From NCBI GenBank assembly GCA_963575745.1, contig CAUYUJ010000037.1:496001-560000 (forward strand): a stretch of 64,000 bases of DNA, read 5' to 3'. The notes under the pieces are model-generated. The model saw only the letters and a program-made list of their open reading frames with translations. It did no database searches and was not told where the DNA came from. Positions 45,263 through 57,636 of this stretch are shown piece after piece. Position 1 is the first letter of the stretch; every line of letters starts with the position of its first letter. The DNA comes from Prorocentrum cordatum. Its lineage: Eukaryota. The translations under genes and the position numbers were made by a program.

Positions 45263-48200
45263 TTCCACCAACTCAGCACTGCGCCATCTAGCCACCAGCA
45301 TCCATCTTCCCAGCTCCACCTCCAACTATCGACCTCCCGCGTCCACAAACTCGGCATTATGACCCCCAGCCGCTAGCACCCAACTCCATTTCCACCTCCA
45401 CCTATTGACCTCCAACCACCAGCTCAGCACCCTGACCTCTCACATCCAGCATCCGACATCAAAGTTCACACCACCACCCTGACGTCTGACCTGCCCCGAC
45501 GCCTGCGCCGCCTCCGACTCTGCTCCTTCTGGCGCCTGCTTTATGCCCGATTGCAGCCCCAGCTACAACAGCGGCCGCCGACTCCAGCTCCCCACCGACT
45601 CCAGCTCACCAGCGACTGAATTCAATGCACGACCTGCGCGCAGGGAGTTGCGCTTTTGGGCCCACGGCGCACCGGTACCAGGGCCCGTGCCCGTCACCCT
45701 GCAGCCTCCGCCCTGGCACGAGGACGGCTACCTGAAATACCTGACGTGGTTCCGACGGGCATCATCAGTCGCAGCACCAAGATGGACAGGGAGGTCTCGA
45801 CATTGATGCCAGGGTGCGACGCCATGGTGGCCACGGTGTGAGCCATTCTCCCGCACGCCCGCTCCTTGGCGGGGTCTCCTCCTGTTCCTCCTCACCTTTT
45901 GACTGCGCTGTGCGTTTTGGGATTTTATATAAGTGGCCACTGGGGCCACTGGGGTTTCCCGCGCTGTGCCCCTGCCCCCTCCCCTCCCCCTCCCCTTCGT
46001 CTTCCGCGCCCCTTTTTGCTCCCGCCTCCCGCGCGATAGAAACATTGGCATATTTTCTATCAGCCGCGTCGCCGTACGGGTCGCTTGTTTCTCTGTTGCA
46101 CTGTGCGCTGTCCTTGCTTTAGTCGTTGCGTGCTCCCTTTTTATATGAGTCGTCGGTTGGACCGTGTGGGGGTGCACATGCAGCGCCATGGGGCGCTGCA
46201 GATGTCACGGGGCCAGTGCGGCGCAGGTGGCGTTACAATTCTTAAAGTTGTTTTTCACCCAGTCCGGCGTCTCCCTCAGTAAAATATGTTGTAGTCTAGG
46301 CGCCGCTGCAGACAGCAGATCAGGGTATTCAAATTTGAATACCCAGTTAGCCTTGGTTCGCTGAGAATGTCCAGTCTTTAGTGACATGTTGCTGTTGGGC
46401 CGCTCAGGGAAAAATTACATATTCGAGACATTTCGCGTAACCCGACCTGTCCATCCAAAGACGATGCCCAGGCGAGTGTAGGAGCACGCAGTGGAATAGC
46501 GGGCTGCGGAAGCCTTCGTACCCCAAGAGGGAGCGGATGGAGGAGGAATCGGAAGAGGAGACGGGGGAAGCGAGCTTCCCAGGCTGCAGCCTTCGGCACG
46601 CGGGCTGTGGGGCCTCTGGCGGAGGCTACTTTCGCACGGCGCCGAGTGCTGTTTCTCTGAAGAGGCCCGAGACGAGCGGCTCCAGGCTGAGGCTGCTCTG
46701 TCGCCAGGTCTGGCCTGTCCCGTCGAAGAAGAAACAGCTGCAGAAACATGGTGCCTCGCGGGCCCGCGCGGTTCTTGGATCGGCGCTGGGCCCTGTGGGG
46801 GGTGCGATGAAGTCGTTCTGCGCCGCGCCAGTTTTGGCCCGACCCATGGAAGACCAAACACTTGCATACTACATTGAGCATTGCATCCGCAAACCACGCA
46901 CAACCATTCTCCCGGTTTGGCGACAACGCGACATCGGCGAGCCGCGTGCACAAGTTTGGAATGTTCGAGCGATGCGTTGAATTGTCCACCTCCACCTGTC
47001 GACTTTCAACTTCTACCAACTCAGCACTGCGCCATCTAGCCACCAGCATCCATCTTCCCAGCTCCACCTCCAACTACCGACCTCCCGCGTCCACGAACTC
47101 GGCATTATGACCCCCAGCCGCTAGCACCCAACTCCACTTCCACCTCCACCTATTGACCTCCAACCTCCACCAGCTCAGCACCCTGACCTCTCACATCCAG
47201 CATCCGACATCAAAGTTCACACCACCCCCCTGACGTCTGACCTGCCCCGACGCCTGCGCCGCCTCCGACTCTGCTCCTTCTGGCGCCTGCTTTATGCCCG
47301 ATTGCAGCCCCAGCTACAACAGCGGCCGCCGACTCCAGCTCCCCACCGACTCCAGCTCACCAGCGATTGAATTCAGTGCACGACCTGCGCGCAGGGGGTT
47401 GCGCTTTTGGGCCCACGGCGCACCGGTACCAGGGCCCGTGCCCGTCACCCTGCAGCCTCCGCCCTTGCACGAGGACGGCTACCTGAAATACCTGACGTGG
47501 TTCCGACGGGCATCATCAGTCGCAGCACCAAGATGGACAGGGAGGTCTTGACATTGATGCCAGGGTGCGACGCCATGGTGGCCACGGTGTGAGCCATTCT
47601 CCCGCACGCCCGCTCCTTGGCGGGGTCTCCTCCTGTTCCTCCTCACCTTTTGACTGCGCTGTGCGTTTTGGGATTCTATATAAGTGGCCACTGGGGCCAC
47701 TGGGGTTTCCCGCGCTGTGCCCCTGCCCCCTCCCCTCCCCCTCCCCTTCGTCTTCCGCGCCCCTTCTTGCTCCCGCCTCCCGCGCGATAGAAACCTGGGC
47801 ATATTTTCTATCAGCCGCGTCGCCGTGCGGGTCGCTTGTTTCTCTGTTGCACTGTGCGCTGTCCTTGCTTTAGTCGTGGCGCGTTTCCTTTTTATACGAG
47901 TCGTCGGTTGGACCGTGTGGGGGCGCACATACAGCGCCATGGGGCGCTGCAGATGTCACGGGGCCAGTGCGGCGCAGTTGGCGTTACAATTCTTAAAGTT
48001 GTTTTTCACCCAGTCCGGCGTCTCCCTCTGTAAAATATGTTGTAATTTAGGCGCCGCTGCAGACAGCAGATCAGGGTATTCAAATTTGAATACCCACTTA
48101 GCCTTGGTTTGCTGAGAAAGTCCAGTCTTTAGTGACATGTTGCTGTTGGACCGCTCAGGGAAAAATTACAGATTCGAGTCATTTCGCGTAACCCGACCTG

Positions 48201-48736
48201 TCCATCCAAAGACGATGCCCAGGCGAGCGTAGGAGCATGCAGTGGAATAGCGGGCTGCGGAAGCCTTCATACCCCAAGAGGGAGCGGATGGAGGAGGAAT
48301 CGGAAGAGGAGACGGGGGAAGGGAGCTTCCCAGGCTGCAGCCTTCGGCACGCGGGCTGTGGGGCCTCTGGCGGAGGCTACTTTCGCACGGCGCCGAGTGC
48401 TGTTTCTCTGAAGAGGCCCGAGACGAGCGGCTCCAGGCTGAGGCTGCTCTGTCGCCAGGTCTGGCCTGTCCCGTCGAAGAAGAAACAGCTGCAGAAACAT
48501 GGTGCCTCGCGGGCCCGCGCGGTTCTTGGATCGGCGCTGGGCCCTGTGGGGGGTGCGATGAAGTCGTTCTGCGCCGCGCCAGTTTTTGCCCGACCCATGG
48601 AAGACCAAACACTTGCATACTACATTGAGCATTGCATCCGTAAACCACGCACAACCATTCTCCCGGCTGGGCGACAACGCGACATCGGCGAGCCGCGTGC
48701 ACAAATTTGGAATGTTCGAGCGATGCGTTGAATTGT
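45263..48736. repeat. Recent about 1.75-kb tandem duplication (45263-46985 and 47011-48736)
   Basis: Near-identical ORFs offset by 1751 nt (45543/47294, 45814/47565, 46626/48377), with only scattered substitutions. Confidence 0.95.
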
Positions 48737-49235
48737 ACAGCCATCTGCATAATTCCGCGGAGTTCCACGCGGCGCAGGCCCAACATGTTTTCGCGAACCT
48801 CTAACACACTGGGAGCATTGGGCAAGGAGCCCTTAGTTCAGGAACCGAGGGTCTGGAAGCCGTGGAACTCCAATCGCAGATCGGCCATGGATGTCACTGC
48901 CGCCTTCATCAACTGAGGAGACCCCCAGGGTGTGCGCCATCTGGGGCACATTCCTGAACGAACGTCTCCATCGTGTGAGAGATCCGTGATGAACGCCTCG
49001 AAACGTTTTGACAGCCTGAGGCTGATGCAGGAGAAGGCGTTCCAGAGTGGAGGACGGGCTGGGAACAGTTTTTAGATTCCACGTTCGACATCTGCCAAGG
49101 TCAAGGTCAAGGTCTCGTACGAGCACGAAGCCAGGTCCGATACCGGACGCACAGTGAAACAATGAGGTGTTGGTGTTGTTGTTTCTGTTGTTGTTGATTA
49201 ATTGGCCAATCTTCGGGAAAAGGGAGGATGAGATG

Positions 49236-49268
<33 letters not shown>

Positions 49269-49533
49269 CAAAAAAAAAACAAGAGAGAGAGAGAGAGCGA
49301 GAGCGAGAGCGAGAGCGAGAGATCATTATTCGATGGGCAAGGCCCAAGAGTACATGGGATTTGGCGAACTGCGTGGTTCAGCGAAGTGAAGAGGGCCCCG
49401 CCACTGCTCAATCAAGTAAGATGAGGAAGGGGTGGGATGGGGCGGAATAGAGAGGAAGACGGAGCGAAATGGGGAGGTGCTGGATTCGGGGGAGGGCGGA
49501 GGTGGGATGGGGGCTCGAGAACTCAGAAGGCAG

Positions 49534-49589
49534 GCTCTGGCTCTGGTCGACCTGGGCCGAGCCTGCCAGCAGCACGCCCCCTCGCCAAG
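49534..49589 (+). CDS. Candidate upstream exon of the SMB-domain gene
   Basis: cag|G acceptor, xSGSGRPGPSLPAARPLAK, and an AAG|GC donor in phase with the next exon. Confidence 0.35.
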
Positions 49590-50323
49590 GCTTCGGCGTC
49601 CGGTCAACCCGATAAGTCTTTCGTGCACCTCCCTTCAATGATGGGAACATTACTTCTGCGCGGGCTTATCGACATATTGGGGCCCAAACAATATTGGGCG
49701 TCTAATTCTCCCCCCGCGCGGGCCACCGCTGATGATCGGGGGGGAGATGGGGATCCCTGATGGTGATGATGGTGAGGGGAAGGACGAGGAGGGGAAGGAC
49801 GAGTTGAATTGCCAGCCGAGAGCTGCATTAAAGACTTGACCGTGGTTTCAGTAGGTACGTCAAATCACAGACGTGCCTGGCGACTGGTGCCCCAAGATAC
49901 TTGTTGATTTCCATTTGGGCCCGCAGACGCCTGGGGCACCCTGCGAGGCTCAGAGTCGACGAAGGATGTGCCCCCAGATTTCTTGTAGCAAGATGTCCTA
50001 CCGTATGTGCCCACTGCACTCCTGGGAAGAGCGATGGCCAGCGGCACGCTGAGCCCGATTCGACAAGGGACATGCCTGTGTGACAACGGCCACCGCCGCT
50101 TTCGGACACGTTCAGCAGTGGGCCAAAGTCCCCGCACCTGCGCCCAACTCTCGGACGGGGCTAGGACGAAATCCGTCCCAGAGCGTTCCGGAAACGCTTT
50201 GAAAAGGCCGCGGCACCGGAGACAGTTTCCAGAGCCGCCGGATCTCTGAGATTTGCGATGTATCTTCGCTCGTTCTTGTCCTTGTCCTGGCTTCGTCCTA
50301 AACTCTTCTCGTGCCCCGGCAAG

Positions 50324-50404
50324 GGCGCTGGCAGCAACGGCAGCGGCGCCGAGGGCGGCGCCGAGGCCGCTGCCGCGGGAGGCTGCGGCCCCGACGCGGC
50401 CGAG
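50324..50404 (+). CDS. Exon of SMB-domain gene (Gly/Ala linker)
   Basis: aag|G acceptor, GAGSNGSGAEGGAEAAAAGGCGPDAAE, and a GAG|GC donor; phase 0. Confidence 0.55.
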
Positions 50405-51526
50405 GCTCCGGCGGGCGGGAAGGCAGCACAGCAGGGTGCTTCTGTCCGGTGGGGCAGCATTCCACTCGCCCTCAGGGCCCCATAAGCGGGGACATTGATA
50501 AATCAGGACGTTGACGCGCCCGAGAAAGTTGTAGCCGTGGCTCGAAACATGGTCCATCCTTCGTTCTCTGCATGTGGACTTCTCAAAGTCCTGGTGCCTC
50601 CTGGGGCTTCCCAGGGCTTCTGGTGCCTCCTGGGGCTTCCCGGGCCCTGTGGGTTCTGAACGGGACATTGTCGACATGGACTCTGGAAATGATTGCCAGG
50701 GTATGCTGCCCCCCCCTGGCCAGTTCTACAATCTGTCCAGCCCCGGCCAGTGTCTCTGCTGTTTAGGATTCGTCCAAGCCGCGGCGAGGTGTTCTTCCTT
50801 GTTGAGCTCGAGGTCGCAGGAACCATCTCCAGCGACAATTCGACTGCGCGAACAACCCTCCCTTCCGAGAGATTCTCAACAATTAATAATTACTTAGTTA
50901 CGGTGCTGTCGCGGCATGTTGGTCAAGGGGGACGGGGGCCATGAGGGGGTCCACCAGCCACTGGAGCCAAGCCATAGGCCACGGGACGCCACTGAAGCCA
51001 AGGTGCAGACCTCATCCAGCACCCACCATGGGCGGCGCGAGGGAGGGTCGCCATGAAGGAAAGGGGTCGTGGAGGAATGGTGGCCTGGAGTTTTTGTTCG
51101 CCGTTTTCGACATCCATTGGCCCTTCCTGGGCCCCAGGACCGTCAAAACCTACTCAGGATGAGAAGCCGGTCCTGAGAAGAGCCCTGGGTTTGGGCGCTC
51201 GGCGCTTAGCGGTGGGCAGTAAACGGGGGAGAGGTCGAGGATTGTATGAAAGTAGCCCTACGGGAACCCTAGACGGCTTCTAAACTGCCCCGATGAGACC
51301 ACAGCTCCCCGATCACCTACCAATGAGCGGACAGCCGGTCTCGTTCGACGTGTCCTTCCTCTTCTTCCATCCCTCCTTCTCCCAGACTGCGCTTTCAGGC
51401 GTCGCAGCGTTTCACCTTACATTCACACACCCGTGCTTTTCCGGAAGCTTCGGCACCACCCTGCAGCTCCCCGCCCCCGTGGTGCAGGTCGTGTGCCGTG
51501 TCGTCCGATGGGTCGGCGGCGAGCCC

Positions 51527-51698
51527 GGGGGCGAAGTGAGAAGAGGCGGGCCTTCTCGGAAGGTTCAGAAGTCCCCGGGCCTTCTAAGGAGTGTTCTCAG
51601 CATTCCCCGAAGACACAGGATATCTTTCAGAAGGCCGCAGCAGTTCTGAGAAGCCCCGCCGCCTTCTGAGAGGGCCTTCTCCTTCTCACTTCCCCCCC
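51527..51698. mobile_element. About 170-bp MITE-like element
   Basis: Terminal inverted repeats ggggg(c)gaagtgagaag...ccttctcggaagg / ccttctgagagggcc...cttctcacttccccc. An inverted copy lies at 57156-57335, with partial copies near 43850-43990 and 58145-58280. Confidence 0.6.
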
Positions 51699-52806
51699 CC
51701 CCTCGCTGGCCGCCGAGTGTCTGCCGATGGAGTGTCTTCCGATGGAGGGTCAGGTCCTGGGCCTGTGTCCACCAGGGCCCCTGTCCCTCACGCCGAGAGG
51801 AGGCCAGGGGCCACGCCTTGCCGCTTGAGACACGGTGCGGCACCCACGCATGGGGGGCACACGACGAGGGGGCCACGAGGGGTCCACGGGCCATGGCCAC
51901 GGTGCCACGGGCCACCCAAGTCGAGGTGCGGCGCTCATCGAGAGGGCCACGAGGCGGCCTCGGGGGCACAGGGTTCACCCAGCGGGCCACGGGCAACAGA
52001 AGCCGATGTGCGACGCCCCCCTTCCCCGTGCAGCTAGGTAGAGATGCTTGCAGCTGCCGGCTGCTCCGAGAAACAGGATGATGAGTGATGCTGGTGCTGG
52101 TGCTGATGCTGATGCTGCTGATGGCGACGGTGGTGATGGCGATGGCGATGGTGATGATGAGGGGGAGGCCAAACACTCGATCTGCCTCTGCGACGCGAGC
52201 TGGCAGAAGAGTTGTCTGATATCCTCCGTGCTGGGTGGCGTCTCCAGCTCCTTCATGTATAGCTCCGTCTGTAACGCTGCGCCAGCCGCCAGCCTGCAGG
52301 ACGCCGAACGGGAGGCCAGGGACCCCCTTCTGTGATGTTCAGAAGAGCAAGATGCCATGACGATGAGTTATGCGCTCGATGGTTTCCACATTTCCCCGCT
52401 GCTTCGCACGGACTCCAGAAGACGAGGGCCGCCATATGCTCTGCAAGTCCTGGAACGTATCCGCCTGTTGCTTCCGAGCCAGAGCTAATTTGGGAGCTGA
52501 CTCCTTCTCCATCGAACTGGACTGCTACTTATCCACGTGAGGGGTTATCATCCGCCAGTCGTGCTGACATCGTTATCATCCTGATTACCCCTGGGAGTAT
52601 GTTGCGAGCCTTCCTTTCGAGCGCTTGATCGCATCACCGGATCAGGTTCTGGTGCGTCGATACCAGCTGTTACTGTCAATGTCCTCAACGGCTCGAACCA
52701 TGATGCGTTGTTATCAACATTGCGTGGTTGGATGCGTTAACGCGTGCTGTGCGCCCTAGACCTAAATTGGACCGGGGCTATAAGATACGCCCCGCCCCAC
52801 TCCGAG

Positions 52807-52917
52807 GACGCCGCCTGCTGCGCCACGTTCGGCTGCGAGGGGGCATACGACGTGGCCCAGCCCTGCCAGTGCAACAGCAGGTGCGAGGAGTTCTCGAACT
52901 GCTGCCCGGACTTCCAG
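52807..52917 (+). CDS. Exon encoding a Somatomedin B (SMB) domain
   Basis: DAACCATFGCEGAYDVAQPCQCNSRCEEFSNCCPDFQ matches the SMB pattern C..C..CxC...C.....CCxDF. AG|G acceptor and CAG|GC donor; 37 codons. Confidence 0.85.
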
Positions 52918-53014
52918 GCCCGTCCTCGCTTTGCCCATCAAGACCTCGAGGAGATTTGGAAGAGGAAGAGGAGGAAGAGCAGGAGGAGGAAGACGAGGTG
53001 GATGATGATAATGC

Positions 53015-53057
53015 TCCGTAGCCCTTTTGGCTCAAGTCCGCATCGGTGTGGCTCAGG
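53015..53057 (+). other. Near-perfect DinoSL plus heavily decayed second copy inside an intron
   Basis: TCCGTAGCCCTTTTGGCTCAAG (21/22, 53015-53036) is followed by TCCGCATCGGTGTGGCTCAGG and then GGCTTGA, as in LINE-A. Confidence 0.85.
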
Positions 53058-53559
53058 GGCTTGACATCGGAGGGGCGGCCCCAAACAATGTTGACCCGGA
53101 TGTTTGGTGCTGCTGTCAGATAACATATTTGTTCGCGCACTGGTTCTTCCCATGAGGTCGGCAATGATGACGAAGGAGGAGGGACAGCCAGAGTACACCC
53201 AATGTAACGACGATGAGGCATCCAGCCTCCCGTCCCAGGACCTTCCTCACAAGCCCTTAGAAGCATGATGCTGCCATCCGTGTAGCAGTTGCACCAGGTT
53301 GTACTTCATGGTCCTGATATCGAGCGATGTCTCAAGCAAGAGCTCGATGTTTGCGAGGAGCTGCATTCATCCATGCAAAACGGTTGCACTGGTCATGATG
53401 GTGAGGGGGTCTCAGGCGAGAGCCCCACTCTGAAAAGGGACCTGTCTCCATACATCTAACCATTCGATGTGTTTGAAGACGAGTGCGGGCAGCGCCAAGG
53501 CGAGAGCCCCATTTGGAAAGCCAGCTGCCCTCTACCCATGTAGCTATTTGAGGACTCGG

Positions 53560-53692
53560 GTGTGTGTGTGTGTGCGTGTGTGCGTGCGTGCGTGTGTGTG
53601 TGTGTTTGTGGTTTGTGGTTTGTGGTTTGTGGTTTGTGTTTGTGTGTGTGTGGGTGTGGGTGTGGGTGTGGGTGTGTGTGTGTGTGTGTGTG
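53560..53692. repeat. (GT)n compound microsatellite
   Basis: Direct reading. Confidence 0.95.
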
Positions 53693-56600
53693 CGCGGCGC
53701 CAAGGCGCGAGGCCCATTTTGAAAACGACTGCTCTCCCCACCCTTGCAACCGCTAGAAGCTTCAAGCTTGAATATCGTAAGCGGCCCGACCGACCCTACC
53801 AACAATTCAGGTGGTGCGACAGGGAGGAGTCGTTCACAATGCGGCGTGGAGAAGAGAGTAGCAGGATGGAGAGGGAACTCCAGGCGTTCTGCAGCCCAGG
53901 CCCTGGCTGGGTACCAGCGTAAGTCTCCAGCAGCCGTTGCCAGTGCCCTCTCCGTTGCGCCGAGTTCTCTCGATCCTGGGCCTGTCTGGTTCTTCCACTA
54001 TTTGCTTGTGGCCCCGAGCTCGGAGAGCGAAATGGCCTTCTCCGCTTCTACTTCTCTCACCCGCCTTGCGCATCCTCTGAAAATTTCGCGTGGCGGTGAA
54101 GGGAATCTGGATGATTATGATTTGGCTTCTGCGGGACCCTCCGAGGAGTTGTTCGCCCCCGCCTTCTACGACCGTCCAAGGCGAAGAATTCGCCTGCCTC
54201 GTACACCCAGAGGCTCCCAGAATGCCTCCCAGGACTTCCAGAGACTTTCAGCGGTCTCCCAGGACATGAGGGACTTCGAGGCTTTCTGGAGAGCCCCCCC
54301 AGGTGGCATCTGGCGCAGTTGCGCTCCCTCCGGTGCCCACCTGCACTGCCAGCGCGTGGCTTCCAGCACCCTTGTCTTGCTTCCCAGGAGCCATCCCCCG
54401 CGAGCCTCCCATGGGCTGCCAACTGAGGAGGAGGAGGAGGAGGAGGAGGAGGAGGAGGAGGAGGAGGAGGAGGAGGGAGGAGGCGGGAGGAGGAGGAGGA
54501 GGAGGGAGGAGGCGGGAGGAGGCATGAGGAGGAAGGGTGAAAGAGGAATGATCAACGTAATTACAAACGTGCGTCCCGCTGCCAGACGGCCCAAGAGGCT
54601 GGCAGAAGACCCCAGTATGGTCCCCCCCCCGGGGGGGGGGGCAGGGAAGAGCAGGGAGGAAGACGAGGAGGAGGCGGGAGAGGATGAGGAGGAGACGGTG
54701 ACGGAGGATGTAAGGACAAGAGGGTGGGGAAGGAGGAGGGACGAGGAGGAAAAGGAAGAGGATTGAAGAATGAGATGGTGGGTGAAGAGGGTCGAGATGA
54801 CCCCGCTCGTTTTTTGGAGCGGGAGATTGACGAACGGCGGCCCGGGCGATTGGCCGTTCCTCTGGATACGGTGGAAATCGAAAGCCAGGAGCGTCTCGCG
54901 CTTCGTAGGAGTGGACCAGGGAGAGGTGGAAAAGCGAGGACGGCGCCGCGTTTGGGGGCCTCTCCCTGCCCTGCAGCCGTCCCGGGCCGTGGCCCCCCCC
55001 CGCCGAGTGGGGGTGGGACGCTGAAAGGGGGAAGGCGTTTTCGCGTGTGAGTGCCCCTCCGTCCCGCGCGTGGGCGCGGTGCGCATGGAACAGTGAAGAC
55101 AGGTTTGGCGGTCAGGAGCCCCTCGGGGGCAGGAACCTGAACACGACCCTGCGTGTGCCACCGCCACCGCGCACAGTGTAGTGGACATTCCTCCGGGACG
55201 GTTCGAGCGTGGAGCGTTCAACAAGATGTGCACGCTACGTTTCGGACGAAGGCCCGTATACCTCAGTGTTTATACGTGCGGCTCCCAGCCCGTCTCGTCT
55301 CAAGGGCCTCGCCCCACGCCAGGCTGTGGCGTGTTGGCTGCCCCGGGCTGCTCCGTCGTTGGCCACGGGGCTCTCTCGAACCGTCGTACTCCCCCGTTCG
55401 GTTGCGTATGCGGCTTGGGCAGACGGTCGGGGTGGTTGGGTGGCCTCGCTAGTAGGCCAGTTGGCTAGGATGACAGCAGGCGCATCGAACAAGACATCGG
55501 CTGCCAGCATGTGCCCCATGGAAGTTTCGTATCGCAAGATGGCCCCAGGGACCCAGACAAGCTTTTGGGCACCTTAGGACCCTTGATGTTTGACGAATGC
55601 GTCCCAAGATTTCTTGTTGCAAGGGTTGGCTGGCTGGTTGGCCTCTCTGGTTTGTTGATTGGCCATCTGTGGGCATTGGATATAGTAAGGAACTTTGGCT
55701 TAGCGCGTCACACTGCTGGTTCTGCCCCACTACGCTTCCTCGCGACACGCTAGCCACGCCCCAGTCCCCGAGGTTCAACGTCCCGAGCCTTTTCCCAGAC
55801 TGCCGCCCCGTGGATAGAAGCGACACGCTATCAGCTCGCACGCACAGCGTGTCACAGGAGCCGAGCCGCCGCCGATGCACGCCGACCAAAAGTCCTTCAC
55901 CGTATCCACATCCACGGTCTCGCGGTCTGGACTCCTCGGCCGCGACCCGCCTTCGAGACAGGGCGGCTAGTGGAAGCCCTGCACGGAACCAGACCGGTAT
56001 TCAGAGCGCGAGGGCATGGATGAGGATTTGTTCGTCGCCCTTGGTCAGGGTAGTTGGCTTCAATGGGAGGTACGTGAGTCCCGAGGCACCTCCAGATCCC
56101 ATTGCTCGTTCCAGCCTCTGTGGTCACGTCGGGGGGGGCCATGGGCGAGTCGAAGAAGCCTCTGCCAGATGCTCAAGACTGGTGCCTACCCTGCTCTCCT
56201 GTCCCCCGGGGTGGGGCCTCCTTTTTGCCCTCACGCCCTCTGCGTGCAGTGGAGGCCCCCCAGACGGTGTTGTGGCTAGACCGCGTGGTGAGTCAGAGGA
56301 GATTCGGGGTCACCGCGCGGTTCTGGGACTCGGGTCGTTTCTCCGAGGACGTCTCGGGCGACTCGGGCCTCCAGAGTTCCAGAACCGTGCGGTGACGCAC
56401 CGCGCGGTGAGGTCGGCGGGGATTCCGAGGTCGCCACGCGGTGCGTCACCACACGGCTTTGGGGCCCCGTAGTTCATCGATGTCGATCGCCCTTGCGGCT
56501 CGGCCCTCGCAGATTGGCCAAGGTCAGCCGAGCGGCCCCTTGGCCCCCAGTCTCTCAGCAGAGGCCCCAGCAGGGCGTCAGCAGCTCCCTCCTTCGGCTC

Positions 56601-57155
56601 CCCGGCTCCTCTCGTCACCCCTCCTCTCGCCTCCCCTCTCCTTTCTCTCGGCCCCCTTGGCGGGGCACGAGCAGAAGGGGCCGGGGGATCGCGCCGCAAC
56701 GCCGATGCATCGGCGATGCGGGCTCGATGTGGACCTCGACGTTCTCCACGCCAGCGGCGCCGAGGCATCGCCGACACCATCTGCCCGGACCCCATCTGGG
56801 AGGCCTCCACTCTCTCCCTTTTCTTTCCTTTTCCCCCTCCCCCTCCCCCTCCCGCCCTCCCACTTTCCGTTCCTTTTCCTTTTTCCCCTCCCTTGCGTTT
56901 CCCCCTACTGTTCTTTTTCCCTCTCCTTTCCTATTCCCCCCTCCCCCTACCACGACCTCCTCTCCGCTCCTTTCCTGGCTCCTTTCCTGTTTCCCCTCCC
57001 GTTCCCGCCCCTCCTTCCCTCCAAGCCCCCATTGTTCTCTCCCAATCCCCGGTCGCCGGCGCCATGTTTTGCTGCATGGCGTGGACTCCCGGAGGTCTCG
57101 ACCCGTTCCCCGGGAACGGCCTTTCATCCCGAGCCGTTGTTCGGCGACGAGCGAA

Positions 57156-57335
57156 GGGGGGGCGTGAGAAGGAGAAAAGGCCTTCTCAGAAGGCGGCGGG
57201 GCTTCCCAGAAGCGCTCCGGCCTTCTGAACAGTTTTCGGTGCCTTCGGGGAAGGCTTACGTAGAAAGCTTCTCGGGGAAGGCCGGTGGACTTCCTAGCCT
57301 TCTGAGAAAGCCCGCCGCTTCTCACTTCCCCCCCC
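57156..57335. mobile_element. MITE-like element, inverted copy of 51527-51698
   Basis: Same terminal inverted repeats in the opposite orientation. Confidence 0.6.
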
Positions 57336-57520
57336 TGGGCTCGCCGCCACGATCCCGGGGCCAGGCGAGGGCCCCTTGAGGCAGAGAGCAGCAGGAGACC
57401 TCCCGTCGGTACTTCTTCACGGCGCGAGCATGTCTGGGATCCCCTCCCCCTCCCCTCCCATCCCAATCCCTTCCGCATCCATCCGTCCACTCTTGACTTC
57501 CCTCCGAGCGCGATCCCGAG

Positions 57521-57636
57521 GCCGTGTGTGCGGCCTCCCTGAAGACCAACGCGCAGACCACGGAGAGCCCACCACCGCAGACCACGTCAGCGCGCTCGAT
57601 GGGCTCCCCGTCGCTGCTGTGCTTCTCGGTGATCAG
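57521..57636 (+). CDS. Exon of SMB-domain gene (end of SMB, Thr/Pro linker, start of LxCFSV domain)
   Basis: gag|G acceptor and AVCAASLKTNAQTTESPPPQTTSARSMGSPSLLCFSVI-AG|GT. It supplies the last SMB cysteine (CCPDFQ|AVC). Confidence 0.8.

Noticed and set aside
43576..49534. Divergent strand-switch point between gene arrays
   Set aside because: It rests on a single minus-strand exon. Neither gene start was located, and possible plus-strand exons exist near 28.5 kb.
53200..53300. Minus-strand RNase H remnant (CYTDGS...GTGGW)
   Set aside because: A single short motif without the downstream catalytic residues; insufficient support.
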